Positions 12,794-26,808 of a stretch of 64,000 bases of DNA are shown piece after piece. Both the position numbers and the translations under genes were made by a program. Every line of letters starts with the position of its first letter. Position 1 is the first letter of the stretch. The stretch is taken from assembly GCA_017654855.1 (NCBI GenBank), contig CM030335.1, positions 1,550,001-1,614,000 on the forward strand, read 5' to 3'. Below the pieces are notes generated by a model. The model made no database searches, was not told the origin of the DNA, and saw only the letters and a list, made by a program, of their open reading frames with translations. Source of the stretch: Podospora anserina (lineage: Eukaryota).

Positions 12794-13878
12794 ATGTCGA
12801 CCTCTTCAGGATCACCAGAGTCCTGGATCTCTTCCTTTTGCTCCCTCCTCGGCCACGAATACTTTGCCGAAGTGTCAGAGGACTTTATCGAAGATGACTT
12901 CAACCTCACTGGTCTTCAAAGCCAGGTGACTATGTACAAGGAGGCGCTGGAGGTGGGTAAAATGTTTGACTATTGTTACTTTGAGCTGTAGGAGCCATGC
13001 TAATCAGGCGCGTGTTTCACCAGATGATTCTCGATGTTGAACCAGAAGACGATGAGGATGACGAGGACGAGGAAGAGGAGGACGAGGAGGACATTTCAGG
13101 AGATGGACGAGATGGTCTTGCCGGTCGCCATGAACGCCGACACCACAGCCGCATAGCTAGCGACCTATCGGTCATTGAGTCCTCGGCCGAGATGCTCTAC
13201 GGCCTCATCCACCAGCGGTATATCTGTTCCAGGGCCGGCATCCAGCAAATGTCGGAAAAGTACGAGCTCAGTCACTTCGGAGTATGCCCCCGGACGAACT
13301 GCAACCAGACGAGAACGCTGCCAGTTGGCCTCTCGGATACGCCTGGTGAGGACACGGTCAAGCTCTTCTGCCCATCGTGTCTCGACGTCTATGTACCCCC
13401 TAACAGCCGATTCCAAACGGTCGATGGCGCCTTCTTTGGCCGCACCTTTGGCGCTCTCTTTCTTCTCACCTTCCCAGATTACGACTTGACAAAGTCAGGA
13501 GGCGAGCAGCTTGCGAACCTTACTCGGACTGACGAGTCGCTAAACATCAATGGCATGTGGGCGCGGAATATTGCGCCTGGTCTGGGCAAAGGCAGGGTCT
13601 ACGAGCCAAAGATTTATGGTTTCAGAGTTTCGGAACTGGCACGCTCCGGGCCACGAATGCAATGGCTGCGGAAAAAGCCAGAGGATATCACGGTGCTGGA
13701 CGAAGCCCGTCACTTTGCTGAAGAGGATGGTGACTCGGATGACGATGACGAGAACATGAACATGAGTGGGAGACCGGTGACCAGGAGACGTCGAGCAGGA
13801 AATGCGAGGGTGAAGAGACAAGGGCAAAATGGGAGCCCCATGGCCACCGAGGCCAATGGCGCCGAATCGGAACTCTAG
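12794..13878 (+). CDS. ckb1: Casein kinase II regulatory subunit beta-1
   Basis: SWISSFCSLLGHEYFAEVSEDFIEDDFNLTGL, acidic loop, zinc ribbon CPRTNC..LFCPSC, DGAFFG, YEPKIYGF. Intron 12953-13023. Confidence 0.96.
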
Positions 13879-15510
13879 TTGGTTGGCATAACATGGCATA
13901 AGCATAAATCTTGAGCGAACGTTTTGTTTCTCTTCTTTCTGTTGCGAATCTGGAGTGCAGTTCTTGTAACAAAACTGGCGTCGGCCATACAAGCAAGCAT
14001 TCAAGCATGGTTAGGAGTTGTGCTCGGCTATTTCCCATCGTGAGACTGGGAAACGAGGTCTGTTGGCGGCCAGCAGATTGTAGACAGCGTTGGATGCTGG
14101 ATGGTTAGTTTGTTTTGGGATGTAATGAGAGTATTAGGCAATAATAGACAATTGAAGGCAATTATTTCTACAAGAGGGAAGGTCTGAATGTAATTCTTGG
14201 GGTTTGCTAGTGCTGGTAGTTGTTGTTATCTGCTTGCATGTATACTCCATAGGTCCTATCAGATATTTATCTTTTATGAACAAGTGCGTAAGTCGAAGTC
14301 AACTTTGATCCGCTGAGTAAGCGGAAATTCGGCATTTTTGTGGCTTGACCCCTTGCAATGTGTGGCTCAACTGCACCAAAATCAAGCATTCATCTGCCGC
14401 TCCAGCTGTGGCTTGTTTCCCCACATTCGCTTGACAGTTCGGGGTTGTGGGGCCGACAAAGCCAAACCATACTTTTTCTCCACCGCACCTCATCCCCAAC
14501 CCTCTGGCTCCGCTCGCCCTGAGCCATTGATCTGCCGCTGTTTCCTGCAGTATTGGATACACTGCATGCCAATGAGTCACTCGCCGTATGGCCTCGTCAT
14601 GTCAAGCTTGTTGAAAGCTTCCACGAAGGGCGGAGGCCGAGCAATGGCATGTCATCCCTCATCCCACATCAGACCCCCATTGCTGATCAAGAGCTCTAGC
14701 CAGGTCCATGGTGGGGTCAGCCCTTCGTTACATTGGCAGGGATGGCGAGGAACACGGCACCACGGGAGGGAAATCCAGCTTCACGCTCACCAATGATATT
14801 TCCGGCGCAAAACATCAACACAAGTTGCCACCCCACTCACATGTTCGCTCCCGCTTGTCAATGCCCGTCCAACACCGACAACACCACACAACACTGTGTG
14901 TCTCTCGGGCCAAGGCCACGCGGGCTCAACGGCCCAACAGGCAGCGAGAAACAACAACATGGACTGCATGAGTGGAAGAAAGGTCGACTAACGTGGACTT
15001 GATAAACATCTCCTCCCCCACCTCCCGACGTTGAGCTGCCTAACTCGGGATCCTACGCCCTCGTGGCCCTCCCCCATTTAGTGGGTGGGTACTATTCCTG
15101 CAGGTTCTCTTGAGCCCCAAAAGAACCTTGTCCGTTTCATCGGATAACGAGCCGTCAGTGTTGCAGTTGGAGCTCAGTAGCATTCAATGGTCAAGCTCGA
15201 TTGGTAATTATTAATGATGGGATGGGTGCCAAGCGCCCATTAGTCTCCTTTTTTCTTCCCTTCCTTGGACAGATTCTTTCGAGAAGCTTTTTCCCAAACT
15301 GTCACGCTGCTTGTGGCAGACTGTCCCTCCTTTGTTAACGTTGTTCTCTCTCTGTTACTTCTCCAACTTCTCCATTTCGAAAACCTACGCACCTGCCCAG
15401 CAAACTCTTCAAGGGTCACCGCTTCGTAAACTGTCCACCTCCAGGCCCTAGGTCTGGGGGGATTCAGTTCGCTGAGTTTTACTATTGCCACCGGAAACTT
15501 TTTTCCCAAG

Positions 15511-18500
15511 ATGTCGACGGAGCCGGGAACTGGAAAGGAGGCTATCGTGGAGGCCGTTGTGACGGAGAAGGCACGGCCATCTCCATCATCTGCTTCGTCC
15601 AGGACACAGAATGGAGCGGACCTCGTCGAACAGGCACGGCGCAACAACCCCAATGGCACCACTCGCGCCATTGGCGGTGTCTCTGTTGAGCAGGCGGTGT
15701 CGGACTTTGCTCAGCTTCAACGGGAACTGTCGCATATGTCACGCGTCAGTCGTTCGTGCAGTCACGCCGATGCCGAGAAGGGCAACGCCCAAAACCAGAC
15801 CTCTTCAGAGACCTTTGAGCAGTTTGACCTGGAGGCGGCCCTCAGAGGTGACCTGGATGCCGAAAGAGAGGCCGGTATTCGTCCCAAGCACATTGGGGTT
15901 TACTGGGACGATTTGACGGTCAAGGGTATCGGAGGCCAGACCAACTACGTCAAAACGTTCCCTGATGCCTTCACCGACTTTTTCGACATCATCTCACCGG
16001 TGAGGAAGCTGCTGGGTTTTGAGGAGAAAGGAGTGGAGGCCACCTTGTTGGACGGGTTCAGGGGCTTTTGTAAACCGGGAGAGATGGTACTGGTGCTTGG
16101 CAAGCCTGGATCTGGGTGTACGACCTTCCTCAAGACGATCGCCAACCAGCGTTATGGCTACACGTCAATCACCGGTGAGGTCCTCTACGGCCCTTTTGCC
16201 GTCGACGAATTTGGTCCTTATCGTGGAGAGGCTGTTTACAACGAGGAGGATGATGTTCACCACCCGACTCTCACCGTGGAGCAGACGCTCGGGTTTGCCC
16301 TTGATGTCAAGACCCCAGGCAAACTGCCTGCTGGCATCACCAAGCAGGAATTCAAGGACAAGGTTGTGACCATGCTCTTGAAGATGTTCAACATTGAACA
16401 CACCCGCAAGACAATTGTTGGCAACTCGTTTATCCGTGGTGTTTCAGGCGGCGAAAGGAAGCGCGTTTCCATTGCCGAAATGCTCACTACCAATGCCTGC
16501 ATTCTCTCTTGGGACAACAGCACCCGCGGCCTCGACGCCTCTACGGCTCTCGACTTCGTCAAATCCCTCCGCATTCAGACCGACCTGTACAAGACAAGCA
16601 CATTTGTCTCCCTTTACCAGGCATCGGAGAACATTTACAGCCTCTTTGACAAGGTCTTGGTTATCGACGGGGGCAAGCAGGTGTACTTTGGTCCCGCAAA
16701 AGATGCACGGTTGTACTTCGAGGGTCTCGGCTTCCTCCCCCGTCCCCGCCAGACCACCCCTGATTATGTGACGGGCTGCACCGACGCATTCGAGCGCGAG
16801 TACCAGGATGGCCGTTCACCTGAGAATGCCCCTTACGACTCTCTCACCCTGAAAGCTGCCTTCAAGTCCTCCAAGTACGCCCAGGACCTCGAGCAAGAAA
16901 TGCTGTCCTACAAAGAAAGCCTCGCTCGCGAGACTGACAAACACGAAGACTTCCGCGTTGCTGTCCGCGACCAGAAGCGTCGTGGTGCCTCGAAGCGCTC
17001 CGCCTACAGCGTCGGCTTTCATCAGCAAGTCTGGGCACTGATGAAGAGGCAGTTTCTTCTCAAGCAGCAAGATGTCCTGGCTCTCATTTTGTCCTGGCTC
17101 CGTAACATTATCATTGGCATTGTTCTCGGTACTCTCTATCTTAATCTCGGCAAGACGTCTGCCAGCGCCTTCTCCAAGGGTGGCTTGATGTTTATTTCCC
17201 TTTTACATAACGCCTTCCAGTCGTTTTCCGAGCTGGCGGGTACGATGTTGGGCAGAGCCGTGGTGAACAAACACCGGGCGTATGCCTTTCACCGGCCGTC
17301 AGCGCTGTGGATTGCGAATATTCTTGTCGATCAGGTCTTCGCTAGCACGCAAGTCTTCGTCTTTTCGGTGATTGTCTACTTCATGACGAATCTTAGCCGG
17401 AGTGCTGGGGGGTTCTTCGTGTTCTATCTCATGTTGCTGAGCGGCAACATTGCCATGACGCTGTTTTTCCGTGTGATCGGGTGTCTAAGCCCGGATTTCG
17501 ACTATGCGGTCAAGTTTGCAACCGTTGGAATTACGTTGATGATTACGACCAGTGGCTATTTGATCCAGTGGCAGAGTGGTAAGTCCTGACACAAGAACCG
17601 TGGGATGAGAGAGGACGTGGTGCTAATACTCTGACAGAACAAGTCTGGCTCCGGTGGATTTACTACATCAACGTCCTTGGTCTGATCTTCAGTTCCTTGA
17701 TGGAAAACGAGTTTTCGCGGATTGATATGACATGTACAGCCGAGAGTTTGATACCGTCGGGTCCTGGGTACGATGATATCAACCATCAGGTCTGCACGCT
17801 GCCTGGCTCCACGCCCGGTACGCTCGAGCTGTCCGGTTCATCCTACATTGATCAAGGTTTCTCCTATACGCCCGGTTTGCTGTGGCGCAACTGGGGTATT
17901 GTCCTTGTTTTGATGGCCTTCTTTCTCTTCGTGAATATTGTGGCTGGCGAATATGTACGCTTCGGCATGGGTGGCAATCAAGCCAAGGTCTTTCAGAAGC
18001 CCAACGCAGAGCGGAAGAAGTTGAACGAGGAACTGATGGCCAAGAAGGAAGAGCGACGCAAAGCCAGGGCTGAGCAGTCAGATTCGGAGCTCAAGATCAA
18101 TTCGGAAAGCGTCCTAACGTGGGAAGGATTGTGTTATGATGTGCCGGTGCCTGGCGGAACAAGACGACTGCTCGATAACGTCTATGGGTATGTCAAGCCG
18201 GGTCAACTTACCGCTCTCATGGGGGCATCGGGTGCTGGCAAGACAACCCTCTTGGATGTGTTGGCTGCGAGGAAGAACATTGGTGTTATTCACGGCGATA
18301 TCTTGGTTGATGGCGTGAAGCCAGGCAAAGAGTTCCAGCGCAGCACATCGTACGCCGAGCAGCTTGATGTCCACGACCCGACCCAGACTGTCCGCGAAGC
18401 CCTTCGGTTCTCGGCCGACTTACGCCAGCCCTTCGAGACCCCCCGTGAGGAGAAGTACACATACGTGGAGGAGATCATTGCTCTGTTAGAAATGGAGACG

Positions 18501-20074
18501 TTTGCGGATGCGATTATTGGATCACCCGAGGCTGGTCTTACCGTTGAGCAGCGCAAGAGAGTAACCATCGGCGTTGAGCTTGCGGCCAAGCCTGAGCTGC
18601 TTTTGTTTCTCGACGAGCCGACCTCTGGCCTTGATTCCCAAAGTGCCTTCAATATTGTTCGTTTCCTTCGCAAACTGGCTGCCGCTGGCCAGGCGATTCT
18701 GTGTACTATCCACCAGCCGAATGCCGCCCTATTTGAGAACTTTGATCGTCTCCTCCTTCTCAAGAGCGGCGGTCGCTGCGTGTACTTTGGGGATATTGGA
18801 AAAGACGCCCACGTACTGCGCGACTATCTGCGGCGGCACGGAGCCGAAGCCAAGCCCACCGACAATGTTGCGGAGTTTATGCTCGAAGCCATCGGCGCCG
18901 GCTCTGCGCCCCGAATCGGCTCGCGCGACTGGGCCGACATCTGGGTTGACTCCCCTGAGCTCGCCAACGTCAAAGACACCATCTCCCAGCTCAAGGAATC
19001 CCGCATTGCCTCGGCCACCGCAGCACAAAAGGACCCCTCCCTCGAGCGTGAGTATGCCTCCCCTCTATCCCACCAGCTCCGCGTCGTGGTCAAGCGCGCC
19101 AACCTCGCCCACTGGCGCACACCAAACTATCTCTTCACCCGCGTCTTCAACCACGTCATCATCGCGCTGATCACCGGCCTCACCTTCCTCTCCCTCACCT
19201 CCTCCCGGCAATCCCTCCAATACCGCGTCTTCGTCATGTTCCAAATCACCGTCCTCCCCGCCCTGATCATCGGCCAGATCGAAGTCATGTACCACCTCAA
19301 GCGCGTCCTCTTCTTCCGGGAACAATCCTCAAAGATGTACTCATCCTTCGTCTTCGCCTCCTCCCTCCTCATCGCGGAAATCCCCTACTCCATCCTCTGC
19401 GCCGTCCTCTTCTTCTTACCACTGTACTACCTCCCTGGCCTGCAGCCCGAGCCAGTAAGAGCAGGGTACCAATTCCTCATGATCCTTATCACGGAGTTTT
19501 TCTCTGTCACCATGGGCCAGGCTCTTTCTGCACTGACACCAAGCTTGTTCATCTCCTCCCAATTCGACCCCTTCATCTTTGTAACCTTTGCCCTCTTCTG
19601 CGGCGTCACCATCCCGCCGCCTCAAATGCCTGCCGGGTATAGGACCTGGCTCTATGAACTCAACCCCTTCACCCGTCTGATTGGAGGAACAGTCGTCACT
19701 GCTCTCCACGACCTCCCCGTTATTTGTCTCCCCGAAGAGCTCAACAACTTCACTGCGCCTATCGGTCAGACTTGCTCCGAGTACATGAGCAATTTCTTCA
19801 GCAGGGGCGGCTCGGGATATTTAGTTGGCGGCGGCAACAACACAAGCGACTGCAGCTACTGCGCCTTTGAGGTGGGCAACGAGTTCTTTGAGCCGTTGGG
19901 TTTCTCGTACGACTACAGGTGGAGGGATCTGGGGATCTTTATTGGGTTTATTGGGAGTAACATGGTTATTCTCTTCTTGGCGGTAAGTTGCCTTGGCTTT
20001 TTTTTTTGGTCAAAGAAACACATGCTGACCAGAGTGTTGTGCAGAGTCGATTCCTAAACTTCAATAAGCGGTAA
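15511..20074 (+). CDS. Full-size ABCG/PDR-family transporter (SNQ2/Bfr1-like)
   Basis: NBD1 GKPGSGCTT and VSGGERKRVS; NBD2 GASGAGKTT, LTVEQRKRVT, LFLDEPTSGLD; NBD-TMD-NBD-TMD order. Introns 17579-17637 and 19983-20044; ends SRFLNFNKR*. Confidence 0.95.
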
Positions 20075-20544
20075 AGTGTACCTGTGACATGAACGAGGTA
20101 TGATTGAGTCCAATTTCGAAATAACTAAACTGGCACGGCTGTGGAAGATGTGACGAGCCTGATGCGATGGATTCATGAAGAAAAGTATACATTTCCAGTA
20201 TTACATAGTAATCTTTTCGATACCTCTTTGTTGTATATAGATGGATAGATAAACACGGGACATCAAAATTGCACAAGACATAAACTGTGTCACACAGCAC
20301 CTGTTGAGGATGATCTGATCCACGACTACATTGTGATAGGATGTAATTCTCATTCCACCAAGCCTTGACTACACTAAAAGCAAGGATACAAAAAGCGCAA
20401 AGGGAAAAGAAAAAAAAAGAAAACAACACCGGTGGGAATCAACGTCTGCAAAAGAACCGTGATCATGACCCATAAAACCTAGTCCCAGTCCCATGCCATG
20501 ACTTCATTCTCATCTCGTCATTGTCTACTCTCCTTCAACCCCCT

Positions 20545-21439
20545 CTAGTGAATGACCTTGGACTCCCCAGTACCAGCCGGCGCAGTGGGTTTAGTCTCAC
20601 TCTCCACCGCCGCCGCATTGGCAGGAGCACCACCAGGAACCTCCTCATTAGACTTGGCCGCGCCACCAGTAAACCGGCCAAAGACCTTATCAAGCCCCGA
20701 CGCAGCATAGGCATTCCCGCCGTGCTCGGCCTTCTTCAGGTCCGCCAGCCGTCTCGCCTCGGCGTGGATATCTTGAACCTGCTTGGAGCTGGTGGTGTAA
20801 AAGTCAACCAGCTTCTTGCCGGTGGGGCTCTGGGTAGCCTTCTCAAAGTACGACGCGAGGCCAGTGAGGAGAGAGTTGGCTCTAGCGGTCAAGCCGTAGC
20901 TAGCATCGGCAGCCTTGGCCTTGTCTGTGGCGTGGGTGCGCTCATCGAGCTGCTTGACGGTGTTGACAAACTTGTTGGTGACGCCGTGCTTCTCGTCGAG
21001 CTGAATGGCTGTTTCGAGACCGGTATCGGCGACGAGGTAGCCATGAGCGAGGATCTCAGCGAGGACGCGGGCGCGGGGCTTCTCTTCTTGTGTCAGGCCA
21101 TCGTCGGGGGAACGATCGGTGGTGGAGTCATCGGGATGGGCATCGTCCGAGGAGGAGCCGCCGGTGACGGAGATTTTGTTGGTGCCGAGCGTGGTGTGGT
21201 TGAGGAGGAGAGCAGTGCGGGCGGCGGTCTCCTTCTCAAAGTTTACGGTCGCGGACTTGGTCTCGCCCTCGGAGGTGACCTCGATGGAGTTGATCTTGCC
21301 GCTGGGAGGTGCGTTAGCAGAGCGAACGAGTGATGGGGCAGGGAAGAAGGCAGATTTCTTACCAGAAGCTAAAGAAGTCCTTGATCTCCTTGTCCTCGGT
21401 GTTGGAGGCAATATTCTTGACATAAACAGTGGTCGCCAT
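20545..21439 (-). CDS. vip1: Vip1-like RRM-domain protein
   Basis: Spliced N-terminus MATTVYVKNIASNTEDKEIKDFFSF|CGKI (intron 21362-21302), then FEKETAARTALLL, QEEKPRARVLAEILAHGY, VQDIHAEARRLA. Confidence 0.85.
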
Positions 21440-22185
21440 TTTGAATGTTGTCTGTTGGGTAGATAGCGTAACGGTGCGGGGTTGAGCTATCAGGTTGTTG
21501 GGGTGATGCAGATGTTTAGTATTGGTGTTCTGGAAAAAGTAAACACGAGTAAGTCGTCAGATGTGAAGATGAATTGGAGAAAGTCTGGGAGGCCAACCGT
21601 TTTGTTAAATGCTTATTTGAGGTGATAAGATGAAGTGGCAGAGAGCTGGAACAAGCTCGAAGGTCTGAAGGAGGGGCATGTCGTCATCGGCTGATCGAGG
21701 GGCATTGCGTGTGGCTGTGTGGCAGTTCGCCAATCAACCGAACACCCCACCAGCGGCCAGCTGCTGGACTGTGGCTGATGGAGCTTGCGTTGTGGACTGA
21801 CGTGCCCAGGGACGACGACCCTTGGTGTCTGATGACGTTCTTGACATGTGAAAGCTGGCCGCATTGCTGCAAAGATGCCACCACAGACTATCGCTGCTAA
21901 AGTTGACTCTATTTCGCCAACCTGTGCTATGTATCAGTACAGGGTGTTTGAGTCCTGCTCAAGTGAGCAACACTCAGCCTGTACGTAACAAACTGCAGTT
22001 AATTAGGGAGGATAACTGGCGGAATTTGTCACTGTCTTACTGGAGAGTCATTGACGCACGGACCATATACAGTCTCGTTGGTATTCGTGATGATTTGAAG
22101 AAATGGTGGAACACAATTATGCTAATACTAATTCCCAACGCCAGTCATGTCCGAGCCATGTATCATACAAGAAGCCATTCAACAA

Positions 22186-22466
22186 TTACTGTGACTCTCC
22201 CATCTTAGTATTCTTGGCAAACTTCTTGGTGACCTCGTCGTCCATTGGACCCTTGGGGTTGGAGCTCAAGTTCTGGAGCACTGTTAGCTTGTTGCTGCTA
22301 GTGCCATCCATAACAGCTTTCTTATTATACATACCTCGAGACCACTCTTGTTGATTTGCTCCTTGTTAGAAGCATCATCAGTGCCCTTGCCGCTGGCTGG
22401 GGGGTCATTGAGCTGTCTTCCGGACTGCTCCTCAGGAGGAGGGGACTGGGCAGCGCGTTCAGACAT
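22186..22466 (-). CDS. Small (about 72 aa) hydrophilic fungal hypothetical protein
   Basis: MSERAAQSPPPEEQSGRQL..GLE|NLSSNPKGPMDDEVTKKF; intron 22334-22273 (GTATGT..GCTAAC..CAG). Confidence 0.8.
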
Positions 22467-23192
22467 GTTGAAGGTTTGGTGGTTGTTGTAAGAGTTGTGA
22501 TGGAAGGATTGGCTGTCCTGAAGAATTTGTAGAGAAGGGTGTTTTGAGGTGCGTTGTTTGTGTCAAGGAAAAGCTGGGTCAAAGTGAAGCAGAGCTTCTT
22601 ATACACACAGAAAGATCCGTAACTGACATCAGCACCTCCATCGGGGAACTGCCGGCTGCTCAAAGTCAACTTCATCATCCCGTCTCTCAAACACCATTAC
22701 ATCATATGCCCCCGCCAAATGCAGGTGGCTTTCCAGAGCCCCGCTTTTTATGTCGAGGGCTTGGCTTGGTGGGGCGCCAACTGAACCTGTCGGAAGTGCT
22801 GCAGTTAGCGATCAGGGAGCCTCTGTTGCTCATGGCAGTGTTTGTGAAGTGGTTCCATTAGTTTTGCTCTGACTACAGCTGATATACTCATTTCCTACAG
22901 CATGTACTAGGTGTTTATAGCTCAAAAACAATGGGAGTGTTGACAAAGAGCCGGGACGAGCGAGACAGCTCACCGCCTGGGCACCTCAGTTCGGTTCAAG
23001 CACAGACCCAATTACAGCACGTGTCGCCTGTGGGGAGTTGTTCCAGCACTCAGACGACACCGCGCCATTCTCCCGGCGAAAGCGTGTAAAGTGGTTTCGT
23101 GACATGCTGCCTGAGTGTTTGACCCGGAAGCTGCTTGCGACTTCCTCAGCATACAAAACGTGCCATAAACAAAGGGTTCCAATCACATTGCA

Positions 23193-24414
23193 ATGCCCGA
23201 CCTCAACTCCGTACCGCCTTCACCCCATTTCCTCTCGCGTCGTGCATCACAGCAGATGCCACCACTGCCAGCCCCCAGTTCGCTGATTCTGCCGTCAAAC
23301 CAAGCCGCCGTACACAACCCAAACAGCACATCCACTCCGGTACTGCCATCACCGCAATTCCCACCGCCCATCAGTCAATTGCCCGGCAGCACCATGACGA
23401 CTGGCGACAACACTGGCGTTGGCTCCGGCCCCGGGCCAACTCGACATCCCCGGCCCCCAACTGCCGCAGAACTCCATTCCGAACTTGAGAAGGAGCAGGA
23501 GGCTCGAGTATGTTGCACCCTCAGAGACCGTCGGTACAGAATCGTGTCTAACCGATATTCATCTGCAGATCAACCGGCTTACCCGTGAACTCGCTGCCCT
23601 CAGGGCTCTCCACAACGAATCTGTCGTCTCCAATGCATCCTCGACCAGCGCTACCGGCACCGAGCCAGGCGATCCCCGTTCCGGTCGACACATTCGCACA
23701 CTCTCCAACACCAGCACGCGAAGCAATATGGGTTCAGTCTCGACCACATCCATGGCCGGAATCTCGTCCCCCGCGCCTGTCCGTTCGAGTCCTTACCCGA
23801 CCACTGCCCTGGGCGGTGTTGCACTCTCCCGCCAAGGCAGTACCACTTCCCGCCGTAGTAGGGCTGGGTCACCAGCTCCTCTGGTGTACGGCTCCAGTTA
23901 TTCCAACGAGCCGACTTTGGCCAACTATTTCTCTTCCAGGGTCCCACACGTGAGCAGCAGTACCTCTGTGCTCGCCACCCCTGGCTCCACAAGCGACCTC
24001 TCGCCCGGTCTAATCCCGGCCACAGACCGTTATCAGGAGACGGCTTTCTACCGCGAGCAGCTCGAGGCCACCAAGCGAGAGAATGATGAGCTGAAGAAGA
24101 GAGTCCGCGAGCTCGAGAGAATGGTTCGGGCCCGGAGAGGAAGTGATGTCAGTGGCTCGGGAGCCACACCCGGTGCAGGTGCCTCACGCAGGGTTAGAAG
24201 TGATAGTGTCAGCACGACAACAAGTGTTGCTGCCAGCGTAGCCACCAGTGCGACCGGAGCGGGTGGTATTAGTGTGGCTGCCCAGAGACGGCCGAGGATC
24301 ACAAGTGCTACCAGCGGGCAGGGTGATGGTGGTGCCTTGGAGCAGGAAGTCCGAGTTGGGGAGAGTGCGTCGAGCTCCGGGTTGCAAAGGGGGGTGGATT
24401 TTCCTGCGAGGTAA
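23193..24414 (+). CDS. Ser/Thr-rich fungal hypothetical protein with two coiled coils
   Basis: ELEKEQEAR|INRLTREL joined across intron ~23508-23568; second coil LEATKRENDELKKRVRELE. The 3' end is uncertain (possible further intron at 24411). Confidence 0.8.
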
Positions 24415-24819
24415 TTCACCTACCAGGTAACTAACGTCGCTTCCTGTGATCCGGAGATGTCTATCTGGACTTTTACATTATCAACCGACAGCTCTTCGAG
24501 ATGCGTGTCTCCTTTGTCGGGAAGAGCAGTACGCTTGAGTCAGCAGACGATGGGGCGTTTTGGTGTTTTGAGTGCTTTTCATAGAAGGGTAGGTAGGCGA
24601 GACTTGATAACCATCTTCTCTCACGCCACAAGCGTACCAATGGCACAAAATTTTACTCCCCTTGGGAGACAGCAGTTTCATGCATACTTTTCTTGGTCCT
24701 GTGAGGTCTGTAGACATCAACTGAGAGTACCAGGTATTGACAAAGTTCAGGGGGCCCAAGGTCAAAAACGACAAAAAGCTCGTGTCACTCATGAAGTGGA
24801 GTCCAGCACGAGAGATGAT

Positions 24820-24920
24820 CGACCATGCTGGGACTCGAACCCAGAACCTTTACCAGCTGGAGATTTAACTTCGAGAAATTGAAACCGGAAAGTAACGCGC
24901 TACCATTGCGCTACACGGCC
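24820..24920 (-). tRNA. tRNA-Arg(CCG) with 29-nt intron at the canonical 37/38 position
   Basis: GGCCGTGTAGCGCAATGGTAGCGCG-TTACT-TT-CCG-G-[intron 24884-24856]-T-GGTAA-AGGTT-CTGGG-TTCGAGT-CCCAG-CATGGTC-G. All four stems pair (with G-U). T-runs lie downstream. Confidence 0.93.
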
Positions 24921-25642
24921 TGTGATAATTTGGTGGAGCTTATATTGGTGGTTACATTTATCATGGTGATTTCCAGTCTCTTACCCCTTGCTAGGGTAGG
25001 GTGCATCAGTGGTATTGCAGACTACAGATTCACAGCTACAATGCATGTTAAATTATACCATAAATATTTTTTGGTCACTGCAGAGTTGCGAAAATCATCA
25101 AATTCATTGAGCAGCAATGATGAGTCAATGGCATTGTGACAGGATGCCGAGAGCATGGATTCATTCCTTTGAGAAATTAAGGATTTTGCACTACGTCGGA
25201 TTTGAACGATTGGCGATAACTATACAATGTCAAAACATCGTACGCAGCCAGTTCTCAGCCAGACATCACCCTCCTTATTGGCACGCCTATTGTGTTTAGG
25301 TAATTCCCGCCGGCTTCACCCGATGCCCCCCCCCTGAGCAGCCAAGGGAACTTTCAAACATCACTTGATTTGGAAAAAAAAATCTCATGCGAAGGCTAGC
25401 AAGCATTCCAACCTGGAGCTTGATGGTAGTCATCTTATACTGCAGAAGTATCATCCCCCTTTTGAGTGTCTACCAGCACTGACTCGTTAAATCCAGTCCA
25501 GGGGCCCGTTATTGCTATCAAATATTTAAATCCCCTCATCCGCAAACTACAACACACACCACACTCATCTCGTCACTACCCTCAGGTCCTCAAACTCTAG
25601 CATTTTTCCAAGAACCACACATCACCATACCAACCTGTCAAA

Positions 25643-26535
25643 ATGCCATACTTCCCCTCCCCCACCCCTGGCCCCTCGGTCTCAATCTACTACATCGACG
25701 AATCCCCCCCTTCATCAACCCCAACCCACACCTGCCTCCTGATCCCAGGAATTACCTGCGACCTATCCGACTGGTCCTGGCAAGTCCCCTTCCTCCTCTC
25801 CAAAGGCTTCCGGGTCATCACCCCTGACCCCCGCGGACAAGGCCGCTCCTCCGCTCCCCCTACCGCTGTCGATGAAGGGATTTACACGCCCGAGAATCTG
25901 TCCTCCGATTTATCCGCTCTGCTCGCCCACCTTGACATCACCTCCAACGTCATCGTCATCGGTCACTCGTTGGGAACCTGCACGTCAGTCCACCTCGCTG
26001 CTACCAACCCAGACCTGGTGGTAGGGTTAGTCCTACTAGACCCCCTGCATTCCATGTCCTCCGCCACGTGTGACGAGCTGTTCTCCGACCCAGCAACAAC
26101 GATGCAAAACTTGATGGTGAGCTTTGCGGCTAAAGGGCTGGTTCCTATTCCACCGCTGGGGCCGGAGTGGGATTGGCATACGACTTGGATTCAGAGGAGG
26201 GGGATGGTAAGTCTCTTGTAACCCAGAGACAAAAGGGTCAACGCTGACATGAGTGGAAACAGGCGATGGACCCAAGCAGTATTGGTGCGATGACATATGC
26301 CTGCTGGACGAACAAGAATGGACTGGGCAGGAAGGAGGTGGCGATGGAGTTGTCCAAGGGGGCCAAGGCGAAGAGGCTGACGCTGGGGTGTAGTGAGTAT
26401 TGGGTTGGGACGGACAGGGAGATGGGGGTTGAGACGGTGACCGTGGAGGGGGTTGGGCATTGGTTTCATCATGTGAAGGCGCAGGAGACGAATAAAATTT
26501 TGGAGGGGTGGTTGGAGAGGGAGGGGTTTTGCTGA
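25643..26535 (+). CDS. Alpha/beta hydrolase
   Basis: DPRGQGRS, nucleophile elbow GHSLG, GLVLLD, C-terminal GVGHWFH. Intron 26207-26262. Confidence 0.9.
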
Positions 26536-26808
26536 TTGTTTTAAAGAGGATGATGGGATGTGGTTTAGATGGGGGTTGTATGATAGTGTAAGATGATCTC
26601 TGCTCATGACACGTACTGGAATGAATCACAATCGAATGCGTTAAAGACGGAAGGAACGGTGGATAAGCACGGAAGGAACAACGCAAGAAGATGGAAAGAG
26701 CGGTACAGGAAGACAGGATGCTGTCAAAAGAACGCTATATATTGCTGCTAATTACACACTCCTCCACTGTCCCAAACAAAAGCTAACATCCAACGAGATG
26801 AAGAAAAA

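Noticed and set aside
19020-19460. Very C-rich, G-poor stretch inside the ABC gene
   Set aside because: C-ending codons in transmembrane segments; similar skews occur in other genes in this window.
15511-20074. PDR transporter as part of the cluster
   Set aside because: It is more than 12 kb away among housekeeping genes, and the cluster has its own motif-bearing MFS.
20521-21333. 270-aa plus-strand ORF
   Set aside because: Antisense shadow of the codon-biased Vip1-like gene.
25643-26535. Alpha/beta hydrolase as the PKS release enzyme
   Set aside because: It lies 6 kb outside the cluster behind unrelated orphan genes, and I saw no CCGA-N6-TCGG element in its promoter.
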